Positions 30,301 through 37,809 of a stretch of DNA of 64,000 nt are shown one piece after another; within the stretch, counting starts at the first letter, position 1, and each line of letters starts with the position of its first letter. Below the pieces are notes generated by a model. That model was not told the origin of the DNA. It saw only the letters and a program-made list of their open reading frames with translations, and ran no database searches. The stretch covers positions 1,728,001 to 1,792,000 of the forward strand of contig OZ251997.1 in assembly GCA_965247095.1 (NCBI GenBank). The letters run 5' to 3'. This DNA is from Candidatus Multivorans sp. GTDB taxonomy: Bacteria > Acidobacteriota > Thermoanaerobaculia > Multivoradales > Multivoraceae. The position numbers and the translations under genes are program-made.

Positions 30301-31790
30301 TGCCCCTCTCGCCGGCGTTTCGCGGCGCCGTTGCGGCCTACAGCGCTCGCGTGGCGGCCGCGATCGACAGCGTCACGGTGACCCCGACCGTTGAGAAGCC
30401 GGAAGCCCGTGTGACCGTGAACGGCGGGCCGGTGTCAAGCGGCGCGCCAAGCGAGATGATCGAGTTGAGCTACAGCGGCTCCCTGCCGAACGAGATCCGC
30501 GTGGTCGTGACCGCAGAGGACGGGAGGACGATGAAGACCTACAGGGTCCACGTGACGCGGGAAATGGAACCGCCGGAAGCACATCCCACTGAGACGCTGA
30601 CCGCTTGGCCGAGAGACTCGGGGACCGTTCTGACCTGGGGCGGGCAATGGGCGGATCCATCGCTCGGCACACTCGTCATCGAGGCGCGCAGTCAGGAGTC
30701 CGGCTCGTTCGTCGCGGCGACCGCCCAGGTAGAGGGTCGCAGTCAGGATTCCGGCTGGTTCATCATGACGACCGCCCTGGCAGAGGAGCGTCGCGCGGAG
30801 ATCCACTCCCTGGAGAACTCCGTGCCGTACAGCTTCCGCCTAGCAGCCGAAATGGAGGACGGGGAGCACCGTTACTCCGAACAGGAGAACGCCATGATCG
30901 GTCTGATCGGCGGACCGTGCCGGAATGACGAGCAGCACCTGTGCCTGCAGAACGGGCGGTTCGAGGTGCAAACGCACTGGGCGAACCCGTACGTTTCGGG
31001 GGACTCCGGCCTGGCCACTGCGGCTCGGATCGACCACTCGGACGAATCGGGCCTGTTCTGGTTCTTCGAACCAAGCAACATCGAACTCGTGATCAAAGTG
31101 TTGGACGGCCGGTCGTGGAACGACAACTACTGGGTCTTCTTCGGCGCGTTGTCGGACGTGGAGTACTGGATCAGCGTGCGGGATGTCGTCACCGGCAGTC
31201 AACGCACGTACCACAACCCTCCGAAGGAGGTCTGCGGACAGAGCGACGTATCTGCCTTCCCCGGCACGGGCGCAAACGACAGCACCGCGGCCGGGCCAGC
31301 CTCCAAGTTGCCGCCGGGCGCTGCCGGCCTCGAGATGCTGAAGATGCAGCTCGCGCCGCTTGATTCCACCAGCCTCTTCGAACGCAAGCGGATCGCGAAT
31401 CTGGCGAGCCAGAGCGACGGCGGCGGGCGCTGCAAGCCGAGCGAGAACCGGCTGTGTCTGCTCAAGGACCGTTTCTCTGTCGAGGTCCGATTCGTCGATC
31501 CCAACGAGGACCCGGCGAAGGCGGAGAAGGTCGCCAGGGTGGCCGCTTCGCCGAGAACGGAGAACACGGGCTTCCTCTGGTTCTTCAACCCGGAGAACCT
31601 GGAGCTGGCGGTGAAGCTGTTGGACGGCCGGGCGCTCAACGGCACGTTCTGGTTCCTGTACGGAGGCCTCTCCGATGTCGAGTACACGATCACGGTCACG
31701 GACACGGCGACCGCCACGTCCAAGACCTACACCAACGAAGCCGGTAGCATGTGCGGCCAAATCGACATCGACGCACTGCTGCCTGAATGA
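24342..31790 (+). CDS. Giant secreted/surface protein: reprolysin(M12B)-like zinc metalloprotease, FN3 domains, cadherin-like beta-sandwiches, 8 Calx-beta/Ig-like repeats and a duplicated C-terminal domain
   Basis: Signal peptide (alternative ATG 24384); HEVGHNLGAHH with TIMSY Met-turn; WxDNSxNExGF FN3 motifs; LSPAF...Y.A.V cadherin-like units; two CL...RF.V...FWFF...N.EL..K.LDGR units. Confidence 0.85.
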   Translation: MKTSKGHRPCRPHSMSARLLGIGALRAAAILGALAVGAGPLHGQRLLSFGPQVEVLPSVDAIGTVTAILPQNAQIDLELLRSGPLRLEVPTPDGRLLVLERTVFEERGGGDVMWSGRFPGAAYDTVVLTIRDGSLVGRIAEQLGGSRFQISADPFGGGRMMTAAAASTALAPYLGIPGQDPEIPGQDVDDFCPVGRGLRDPRGLLRFEQIPRLSTLDPEQLQPGLVRAASSHSAILELLVLYTARAASNWTARGMTAQAAVQNAVDYLNMVLRNSDLDASATLVHTAQAPGHFNRVAGDGLDLFQQDLLWQLNWNSGEVKQLQTDHGTDIVHLFSGEPGHLLGWCGVAYVPGAGYTAADFADSAMGVTSNNCGKDEAEVFAHEVGHNLGAHHNPEAAQTTNPVQPYAFGHYDLDGWPAVGTIMSYIGDPQPTFSTVHLTPGGREMGIRNERENARALEGTVDIADVYDSGLPSYANAPDAPGGFQATNSGSTSVGVTWEDNSSNETGFYLGWLDAASNTWAFGTASANSESTTIPSLSSTTRYFLSVEAYRTISGQHYFSPASYTTIVMPGAKPTAPSGLAATCCSNGILALTWTDNSNNESGFEIHALRDGAVLYKVPVEANRQSVSLYASFFRGDLSFRVYSWNNSVSGYAYSASSNTATLSIAAPTAPTNLRASASGPNSVRLTWTDNSSNETGFYLGAYTLGGWNYGFQLAANTESAEVSGLAPGVGYYFVVRANDSNGLSSNPATIVLGTLGSGPMAPSALAYTSTGASSGRLAWTDSSSNETGFEVLKSSFTDFGRPERLGLVGAGTTTFDVSAHASDNTYRVISYNASGASPSKALYFDIGLETIELYTSSDQAVALSPDFVWDTSTYTATVAHSVSDVSLYFGQYSDGGSSVTVNGTSVAPATAIPIALPNTGSTTNDISVVVTAPDGVTTSTYTFQVTRQADTSNPKITLLLDPPTIDEDPAGTNRSTVRATLAAPATSQFQFEISTSGLGHTLSSNKKLRFNQGATTSTRNVRITAVNDSTASDDRIVTVSATLGNNTPATAPDSVYLLIREDEPASPTVNLVLTPSAIDEDPNGANSSTVSATLSGPAPADFTVTVSSSGSGHSLSANPVLSFARYATTSTGTVTISATNDSVYTANRTVTVSGTLSTGASATAPGDVQLTITEDEPAPRIALALSSATIDEAASGTNSSTVTATLPTAALEAFDLTVQTSGASHALSTNRVLHFAKDATASTGTVTISAVDDSDYTGNRAVTVWGIPTWAAPASASDTVTLTVADDDTPTVTLVLTPSSIDENPSGTNSSVVTATLAQASVSAFTVTVSTSGTGHTLSSNPVLSFAENATASTGTVTITAANDDSYTGDDTVTVSGALSNGAPAQAPNDATLTITEDDPLPKVALVLATNPINESGAGNSTAVTATLPSAAVSAFTVTVSTSGSGHTLSSNPVLSFAENATASTGTVTITAANDDSYTGDGTVTVSGALSNGAPAQAPDDATLTITEDESAPKVALVLATNPINESGGNSTAVTATLPSAAVSAFTVTISTSGSGHTLSSNPVLSFAENATASTGTVTITAANDDSYTGDDTVTVSGALSDSAPAQAPDDVTLTITDDEPLPKVALVLATNPIAESGDGNSTTVTATLPSAAVSAFTVTVSTSGTGHTLSADPVLSFAENATSSTGTVTITAANDDSYTGDDTVTVSGALSDSAPAQAPDDVTLTITDDEPAPKVALVLATNPIAESGDGNSTTVTATLPSAAVSAFAVTVSASGAGHTLSANPVLSFAENATSSTGTVTITATNDDSYTGDDTVTVSGTLSNGAPAQAPDDATLTITEDESAPNPKSSSNADLSGLALADAGGQSVTLSPAFSASVATYSASVANVVDSVTVTPTATDSATLIQVNNVPLASGSTSGSIALLNTGSTANTIAVFVTAADRVTTKTYTIQVTRQEASPPPPPPPEPDSNANLAGLALAAADGQAVPLSPAFRGAVAAYSARVAAAIDSVTVTPTVEKPEARVTVNGGPVSSGAPSEMIELSYSGSLPNEIRVVVTAEDGRTMKTYRVHVTREMEPPEAHPTETLTAWPRDSGTVLTWGGQWADPSLGTLVIEARSQESGSFVAATAQVEGRSQDSGWFIMTTALAEERRAEIHSLENSVPYSFRLAAEMEDGEHRYSEQENAMIGLIGGPCRNDEQHLCLQNGRFEVQTHWANPYVSGDSGLATAARIDHSDESGLFWFFEPSNIELVIKVLDGRSWNDNYWVFFGALSDVEYWISVRDVVTGSQRTYHNPPKEVCGQSDVSAFPGTGANDSTAAGPASKLPPGAAGLEMLKMQLAPLDSTSLFERKRIANLASQSDGGGRCKPSENRLCLLKDRFSVEVRFVDPNEDPAKAEKVARVAASPRTENTGFLWFFNPENLELAVKLLDGRALNGTFWFLYGGLSDVEYTITVTDTATATSKTYTNEAGSMCGQIDIDALLPE
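27204..29876 (+). repeat. Eight intragenic tandem repeats of 330-339 bp
   Basis: Units start at 27204, 27543, 27879, 28212, 28548, 28881, 29211 and 29544; the last 4-5 are near-identical in DNA. Confidence 0.92.
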
Positions 31791-31844
31791 CCGTTGACGA
31801 GCGCGACTGTGTCTGGTTGCGCAGAGTTGCTCTACTACAGGCGC

Positions 31845-31873
31845 TTGACAGCAATCCTCCTATTCCTTAGCCT
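31845..31873 (+). promoter_or_regulatory. Sigma70-type promoter of the lys operon
   Basis: TTGACA (31845-31850), 17-bp spacer, TAGCCT (31868-31873). Confidence 0.65.
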
Positions 31874-31959
31874 CTCTGCCCGTTCGATCTCCAGGAACTC
31901 TACGGCGCAGCGATCCGCCGCAGATCGCAAGCTGCTCTCTGACCGGACTTCGCGCGCAG

Positions 31960-32055
31960 ATGCTCATTCACCCCGCACCCGGTTCCGCTTCGACCGTGTC
32001 CTGCCGCAAGGCCAAGGCAGAGGGCGCGAAGCGTCCGGGACATGCTCCTGGGTGA
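31960..32055 (+). CDS. Putative leader peptide (31 aa, Lys at 17, 19 and 24)
   Basis: MLIHPAPGSASTVSCRKAKAEGAKRPGHAPG*, lying between the promoter and a terminator upstream of lysW; no clear RBS. Confidence 0.4.
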   Translation: MLIHPAPGSASTVSCRKAKAEGAKRPGHAPG

Positions 32056-32087
32056 CCTGGTAGATCGAGAAAGAACTCTCTCTTAGC

Positions 32088-32127
32088 GGCCGGCCATCCA
32101 ATGGGATGAGCCGGCCCTTTGTTTTTT
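32088..32127 (+). terminator. Intrinsic terminator/attenuator in the lys leader
   Basis: GGCCGGCCATCC-aatg-GGATG(A)GCCGGCC followed by CTTTGTTTTTT. Confidence 0.8.
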
Positions 32128-32175
32128 GGCTCAGTCGCCTACTGAGTCCTTCCCCCGCAAACCGAGGAGAACCGC

Positions 32176-32361
32176 ATGGAATTGCAGACTGTCAGCGCCC
32201 AGTCCGAGTGCCCCGAGTGCTTCGACGAGATTCAGCTCGAGGCCGTGATGCAGAACGAGATCGTCCAATGCGCCGGCTGCGGCGTCGACCTGGAGGTCAT
32301 CGCGCTCGAGCCGGTGACCCTGGAAGTCGCGCCGGAAGAAGAAGAGGACTGGGGCGAATAG
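32176..32361 (+). CDS. lysW: Amino-group carrier protein LysW
   Basis: CPEC...CAGC zinc ribbon; C-terminal EEEEDWGE; GAGGAG RBS. Confidence 0.96.
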   Translation: MELQTVSAQSECPECFDEIQLEAVMQNEIVQCAGCGVDLEVIALEPVTLEVAPEEEEDWGE

Positions 32362-32371
32362 CCGGCAGGCG

Positions 32372-33265
32372 ATGCGCATCGGTGTCCTCTACAGCCGGGT
32401 CCGGCCCGAAGAGAAGCTCCTGTTCAGGGAGCTCGAGCGGCGGCGTGCGGACATCGAGCTGATCGACGACCGCAAGGTCGTCCTCTCGTTCGGCGGCGCG
32501 AGCAGGCTGGAACCGGCCTTCGACTTCGATGTCGTCTTCGACCGCTCGCTCAGCCACAGCCGCGCCCTCGTCCACCTGCGGGTGCTGGCCGACCGCGGCG
32601 TGTCGACGGTGAACCGGATCGAAGTGGTCGAGAACTGCGGGGACAAGCTCCGCACGTCCAGCCTGCTGCAGGCCGCCGGGGTGCCGACCCCGGACACCCG
32701 GGTCGCCTCGACGCCGGAAGCGGCCCTCGAGGCAATCGAGGAGCTCGGCTACCCGGTCGTGCTCAAGCCGACCGTCGGCTCCTGGGGTCGGCTGATCGCC
32801 CGCATCAACGATCGCGACGCGGCCGAGGCGCTGATCGAGCACAAGAGCACCCTCGGCTCCTATCAGCACTCGATCTTCTACGTGCAGCGCTACGTGGACA
32901 AGCCGGAACGCGACATCCGCGCGTTCGTCGCCGGCGGCGAAACGATCTGCGCCATCTACCGCAAGGCGTCCCACTGGGTCACCAACACCGCGCGCGGCGC
33001 AAGGGCGGCGAACTGTCCGGTGACGTCCGAACTGGCGACCCTGTGCCGGCGGGCGGCGGAGGCGGTCGGCGGCGGGCTGGTCGCGGTCGACCTGCTCGAG
33101 GACAGAGACCGCGGGCTGCTGGTGCTGGAGGTCAACCACACGATGGAGTTCCGCAACTCGATCGAACCGACCGGTGTCGACATCCCGGCACGCATGATCG
33201 ACTTCGTCGAGCGGGTGGCAACCGTCGGCTGGGCCGCCGCCCAGCACGCGGAGGAGGGGGCATGA
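32372..33265 (+). CDS. lysX: Alpha-aminoadipate--LysW ligase (ATP-grasp, RimK family)
   Basis: [19 protein letters not shown] and [11 protein letters not shown]; follows lysW. Confidence 0.93.
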   Translation: MRIGVLYSRVRPEEKLLFRELERRRADIELIDDRKVVLSFGGASRLEPAFDFDVVFDRSLSHSRALVHLRVLADRGVSTVNRIEVVENCGDKLRTSSLLQAAGVPTPDTRVASTPEAALEAIEELGYPVVLKPTVGSWGRLIARINDRDAAEALIEHKSTLGSYQHSIFYVQRYVDKPERDIRAFVAGGETICAIYRKASHWVTNTARGARAANCPVTSELATLCRRAAEAVGGGLVAVDLLEDRDRGLLVLEVNHTMEFRNSIEPTGVDIPARMIDFVERVATVGWAAAQHAEEGA

Positions 33266-34344
33266 CGGTGCGCGCCAGCATCGTCGGCGGTTCGGGCTAC
33301 GCCGGCGGCGAGTTGCTCCGGCTGCTGCTCGGTCATCCCGAGTTCGAGATCGCCCAGGTCATCTCGCGGCGGCTGGCCGGCGCCTTCGTTCACTTCACGC
33401 ACCCGAACCTGCGCGGCCACACCGATCTCCGCTACTGCACTGCCGACGAACTCGAGCGCTGCGACCTGCTCTTCCTCTGCCTGCCGCATGGCAGCGCGGC
33501 CGGCGACATCGACATCTACTCCAGGCTGGCCCCGCGGATCGTCGACCTGTCGGCCGATTTCCGGCTCCACTCGCCATCGGCCTACGCGGACTGGTACGCC
33601 GCTCCGCACCCCGCGCCGGAGTGGCTCGACCGCTTCGTCTACGGGCTGCCGGAGCTCGACCGCGACGCGGTCGCCGGCGCATCCCATGTCAGCGGCGTCG
33701 GCTGCAACGCGACCGCCACCCTGCTCGGCCTGCTGCCGCTGCTCGAACCAGCAGTCGCAGAACGAGATCTCGTCGACTGGCGCCGGGGCGTCGTCACCGA
33801 ACTGAAGGTCGGCAGCAGCGAGGGCGGCGCATCGTCGTCGGACGCCTCCCACCACCCCGAGCGGTCCGGTGTGGTGCGCAGCTTCCGCCCCACCGGCCAC
33901 CGCCACACCGCGGAGGTCGAACAGACGCTGGCCATGTGCGGCGTCGAGGCCGCCGCCCGCGTCCACCTGTCGGTCACCTCGGTCGAGATGGTGCGCGGCG
34001 TCCTCGCCACCAGCCACCTGTTCCTGAACCAGCCCGACATCGGCAAGCCCACTGAGCGCGAGCTCTTCCGCGCCTACCGCTCCTTCTGCCGGCAGCAGCC
34101 GTTCGTTCGTCTGGTCAAGGACCGGCGCGGCATCTACCGCTACCCCGAACCGAAGATCCTCGCCGGCAGCAACCACGCCGAGGTCGGCTTCGACCTCGAT
34201 CTCCGCACCGGACGCCTGGTCGTCATCTGCGCCATCGACAACCTGATGAAGGGCGCCGCCGGCAACGCGGTCCAGTGTGCGAACCTGATGTGCGGATTCC
34301 CCGAAACCGAGGGACTGGCCTTCCCTGGCCTGCACCCGGTCTAG
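33262..34344 (+). CDS. lysY: LysW-aminoadipyl-phosphate reductase (ArgC family)
   Basis: [26 protein letters not shown] and [13 protein letters not shown]; ATGA overlap with lysX. Confidence 0.9.
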   Translation: MTVRASIVGGSGYAGGELLRLLLGHPEFEIAQVISRRLAGAFVHFTHPNLRGHTDLRYCTADELERCDLLFLCLPHGSAAGDIDIYSRLAPRIVDLSADFRLHSPSAYADWYAAPHPAPEWLDRFVYGLPELDRDAVAGASHVSGVGCNATATLLGLLPLLEPAVAERDLVDWRRGVVTELKVGSSEGGASSSDASHHPERSGVVRSFRPTGHRHTAEVEQTLAMCGVEAAARVHLSVTSVEMVRGVLATSHLFLNQPDIGKPTERELFRAYRSFCRQQPFVRLVKDRRGIYRYPEPKILAGSNHAEVGFDLDLRTGRLVVICAIDNLMKGAAGNAVQCANLMCGFPETEGLAFPGLHPV

Positions 34345-34354
34345 GCAGCAGCTC

Positions 34355-35281
34355 GTGCCCGAATCGCGCTCGACCGACGCTTCTCCCGGCCCTTTCCAGG
34401 CCGCCGGCGCCCCGCTGGTGGTCAAGGCCGGGGGCGGCAAGTCGTTGGACCTCGATGCGATCGCCGCCGACATCGCCGGGCTGTCGAACTCCGGCCTCCG
34501 GATCGTCCTCGTGCACGGCGGCGCCGAGACGACGAACGAGGTCGCCGAGCAGTTGGGGCATCCGCCGCAGTTCGTCACCAGCGAGAGCGGCTACAGCAGC
34601 CGCCGCACGGATCGGCGCACCCTCGAGATCTTCGAGATGGTCTACTGCGGGCTGCTGAACAAGCGCTGGGTCGAACTGCTGCAACGGCAGGGCATCCCCG
34701 CGGTCGGGCTGAGCGGCCTCGACGGCCGCCTGTTCGAGGGCCGGCGCAAGGACAAGCTGCGCATCCGGCTCGGCGCCCGCCGTCTCGTGCTGCGTGACGA
34801 CTGGACGGGCACGGTCGACCGGGTCAACGCGGACCTGCTGCGTCTGCTGCTCGACGGCGGCTACCTGCCGGTGCTGACCCCGCCCGGAGCGTCCTACGAC
34901 GGAGAGGCGGTCAACGTCGACGGCGACCGCGCGGCCGCCGCGGTGGCCGCGGCCCTGGGCGCTTCGACCCTGGTCTACCTCTCCGGCGCCCCGGGTCTGC
35001 TCGCCGACTTTCCCGACGAGACCTCGCTGATCTCCCGCCTCGACATCGCTCGCGCCGACCTGACCGGACCGGAAGCGCATGCCGGGCTCGAACGGTTGAT
35101 GGCGGCGGCCCAGGACCGGATGAAGAAGAAGGTGCTGGGCGCCGCGGAGGCGCTGCGCGGGGGCCTGGAGCGGGTGATCTTTGCCGACGGTCGCATCGAA
35201 CGCCCGGTCCGGGCCGCGCTCGACGGCGCCGGCACCCACGTGGTTGTCCGGTCGACCAAACAGGAGGAGGAGGCGTCATGA
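34355..35281 (+). CDS. lysZ: LysW-aminoadipate kinase (ArgB family)
   Basis: VVKAGG, LVHGG, SGYSSRRTD, NVDGDRAA and MKKKV. Confidence 0.9.
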   Translation: MPESRSTDASPGPFQAAGAPLVVKAGGGKSLDLDAIAADIAGLSNSGLRIVLVHGGAETTNEVAEQLGHPPQFVTSESGYSSRRTDRRTLEIFEMVYCGLLNKRWVELLQRQGIPAVGLSGLDGRLFEGRRKDKLRIRLGARRLVLRDDWTGTVDRVNADLLRLLLDGGYLPVLTPPGASYDGEAVNVDGDRAAAAVAAALGASTLVYLSGAPGLLADFPDETSLISRLDIARADLTGPEAHAGLERLMAAAQDRMKKKVLGAAEALRGGLERVIFADGRIERPVRAALDGAGTHVVVRSTKQEEEAS

Positions 35282-36471
35282 GCGCCGATGTCGTGCGGAA
35301 CGTTGCGGGCGTCGAGGATCGGCGCCTCGGAACCTGGGCGCCGCGGAAGCCGACGTCCCCGATCGTCCGCGGCGAGGGCTGCGAACTGATCGCGGCGAAC
35401 GGCGACCGCTACCTCGACCTGACCGCCGGCTACGGCGTCTGCTGCCTCGGCTACAACCATCCCGCGATGGTCGAGGCGCTCACGGCCCAGGCGGAGCGGC
35501 TCACCTACTGCCCGATGAACATGTCCAGCCAGAACCGGGCCGAGTACGTCGAGGCGCTGGCGAGCGTGCTGCCCGACTCCCTCGACCGGGTGTTCCTGTG
35601 CAACAGCGGCACGGAAGCCGTCGAGGGCGCACTCAAGTTCGCCGCCCTGGTCACCGGGCGCAGCCGTACGGTCGCGCTTCGGAACAGCTTCCACGGCCGC
35701 ACCTTGGGCGCGCAGGCGACGATGTGGAACCCGACCGCCCGCAAGCCCTACACCGGTCTGCTCCACGACAACGTCTTCGTTCAGCCGGACCCCGAGGCGA
35801 TCGAGGAGGCAGTCGACGCCAAGACCGCGGCGCTCATCCTCGAACCGGTTCAGGGCGAGGGCGGAGTCAACGTGCTGAGCGACGAGGTGCTGCTCGCGGC
35901 GCGCCGGGCCTGCGACCGGCACGGGGCGCTGCTCATCCTCGACGAGGTGCAGACCGGCTTCGGGCGCTGCGGCGCCTGGTTCGCCCACCGCGGAACGCCG
36001 GGCCTGGAAGCCGACCTGATGCCGCTCGCCAAGGGCATTGGAGGCGGCTTCCCGCTCGGGGCGATCGCTTACGGCGAGCGGGTCGCGGCCGCGCTCCGGC
36101 CCGGTTGCCACGGCTCGACCTACGGCGGCAATCCGCTCGCCTGCGCCGCCGGACTGGCCGTGATCGAGACCCTGCGGGCGCTGGACCTGCCGTCCAGGGC
36201 GGCGACGGTCGGCGCGCGCTTCCTGGCGTCGCTCCGCGATCGCCTGGCCTCCAACCCGCGGGTGCGGGAGGTGCGCGGCCGCGGCCTGATGCTGGGCGTC
36301 GTTCTGCGCCAGCGCGCGGGCCGCCATCTCGCCCGTCTGACCTCGGAACACCGGATCCTGGCGCTGCTCGCCGGGCCGAACGTGATCCGCATGCTGCCGC
36401 CGCTGATCATAGGCGAAGCGGAACTTGAGCGCGCCATCGACGCTCTGGACGCCGTCCTCCGAGAGGAATGA
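35278..36471 (+). CDS. lysJ: LysW-aminoadipate semialdehyde transaminase (class III PLP, ArgD family)
   Basis: NSGTEAVE, FHGRTLG, EPVQGEGG, DEVQTG and AKGIGGG. Confidence 0.9.
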   Translation: MSADVVRNVAGVEDRRLGTWAPRKPTSPIVRGEGCELIAANGDRYLDLTAGYGVCCLGYNHPAMVEALTAQAERLTYCPMNMSSQNRAEYVEALASVLPDSLDRVFLCNSGTEAVEGALKFAALVTGRSRTVALRNSFHGRTLGAQATMWNPTARKPYTGLLHDNVFVQPDPEAIEEAVDAKTAALILEPVQGEGGVNVLSDEVLLAARRACDRHGALLILDEVQTGFGRCGAWFAHRGTPGLEADLMPLAKGIGGGFPLGAIAYGERVAAALRPGCHGSTYGGNPLACAAGLAVIETLRALDLPSRAATVGARFLASLRDRLASNPRVREVRGRGLMLGVVLRQRAGRHLARLTSEHRILALLAGPNVIRMLPPLIIGEAELERAIDALDAVLREE

Positions 36472-36527
36472 CGATGCCGATGAAACCGCCGCCGCCGCCG
36501 CCACCACCGAGTGCGAGCGGCCTATGA
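36468..36527 (+). CDS. Putative 19-aa polyproline mini-ORF (MTMPMKPPPPPPPPSASGL)
   Basis: Its start overlaps the lysJ stop (ATGA, 36468-36471) and its stop overlaps the lysK start (ATGA, 36524-36527). Confidence 0.4.
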   Translation: MTMPMKPPPPPPPPSASGL

Positions 36528-37798
36528 TGGACGAAGGCAGCCCCGCCCGGCGCGACGCTGTTCCCCACCGGCGCCGCGACGCGGGCCGCGACCGAGCCGA
36601 GATCGCCCTCGTGCGCGGCCTCGTCGCGGTGCCGTCGCTCTCCCGCCACGAGGCCGCCGCCAGCGGCTGGCTGGCCTCCGAGATGGAGACTCGCGGCCTT
36701 GAGCGATGTCAGGTCGACGGCGCGCTGAACGCGGTCGGCGAACTTGGAGAACCGGACGCATCCCGCCTGGTCGTCCTGCTCGGACACATCGACACCGTGC
36801 CGGGGAACATCCCGGTCCGGATCGAGGACGACGGATCGCCCCACGGCATCCTTCACGGCCGCGGTTCGGTCGACGCAAAGGGACCGCTCGCGTCCTTCGT
36901 CGCGGCGGCCGCACGCCTTGGCGGCGACTGGGCGCGCGCGCACGACCTGCGGTTGATCGTCGCCGGGGCGACGGAGGAAGAGGCAGCCACCTCCCGGGGC
37001 GCGCACCACCTGCTCAAGCGGCTGAACGGCCGCGACGAGCCGACCCCCGACTTCTGCATCATCGGCGAGCCCAGCCACTGGCACCGGGTCACGCTCGGCT
37101 ACAAGGGACGCCTGCTGATCGACCTGCTGGCCCGACGGCCGAGCAGCCATACGGCCGGCCCGGAGGCCGGCGTCGGCATCACCGCCTTCGACCTCTGGCG
37201 ACGCCTGGAGGCGGTGGCCGAACGAAGCGGCGGCAGAACCTCCTTCGAGCGCGTACTGCCCAGCCTGCGCTCGATCAACACGACGAGCGACGGCCTCTAC
37301 GACACGGTCCGCGCCGACTACGGCCTGCGCCTGCCGGTCGACTTCGACGCCAGCGCCCTGATAGGCGTTCTCGGGAACTGGTTCGGCGAGGCCGCGGCGG
37401 ACATCCACGGCCCCCTGTTCTCCGACCTGGATCCGGTCCGCGCCACCGGCACGATCCGCTGCGAGCAGGGCCACGCCAGCCTGGAGCTGCGCCTGCGCGG
37501 CTACGAGGTGGGGGTCCGCGCCGACCGTCATTCCCCCCTGGTGCGGGCCTTCCTCGGCGCTATCCGCAGCGTCGGCGGTCCAGGGACCGCGCCCAAGTTC
37601 GTCGTCAAGACCGGAACCTGCGACATGAACATCGTCTGGCCGGTCTGGCGATGCCCCATCGTGGCCTACGGCCCGGGAGACAGTACACTCGACCACACCC
37701 CGAACGAGCACCTGGAACTGGACGAGTACCTGCTGGCGGTCGATACCGTGGAACTTGCGCTGAGGAATCTGGCCGCCGCCCCGCCGGCAGCGAGCTAG
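36524..37798 (+). CDS. lysK: LysW-lysine hydrolase (M20, ArgE family)
   Basis: LLGHIDTVPG, GRGSVDAKG, EEE, GEPS, KTGTCDMN and YGPGDS.LDHTPNE; start uncertain. Confidence 0.9.
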   Translation: MMDEGSPARRDAVPHRRRDAGRDRAEIALVRGLVAVPSLSRHEAAASGWLASEMETRGLERCQVDGALNAVGELGEPDASRLVVLLGHIDTVPGNIPVRIEDDGSPHGILHGRGSVDAKGPLASFVAAAARLGGDWARAHDLRLIVAGATEEEAATSRGAHHLLKRLNGRDEPTPDFCIIGEPSHWHRVTLGYKGRLLIDLLARRPSSHTAGPEAGVGITAFDLWRRLEAVAERSGGRTSFERVLPSLRSINTTSDGLYDTVRADYGLRLPVDFDASALIGVLGNWFGEAAADIHGPLFSDLDPVRATGTIRCEQGHASLELRLRGYEVGVRADRHSPLVRAFLGAIRSVGGPGTAPKFVVKTGTCDMNIVWPVWRCPIVAYGPGDSTLDHTPNEHLELDEYLLAVDTVELALRNLAAAPPAAS

Positions 37799-37809
37799 CA
37801 ACCGACCGA

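Noticed and set aside
32005-32127. Lysine riboswitch (AGAGGGCGC resembles its 5' motif)
   Set aside because: Only about 80 nt separate the motif from the terminator, too short for the ~170-nt aptamer, and the other conserved elements were not seen.
36706-37809. N-terminal extension making an 882-aa BCCT protein
   Set aside because: It overlaps lysK in another frame; BCCT similarity starts only at about 37810.
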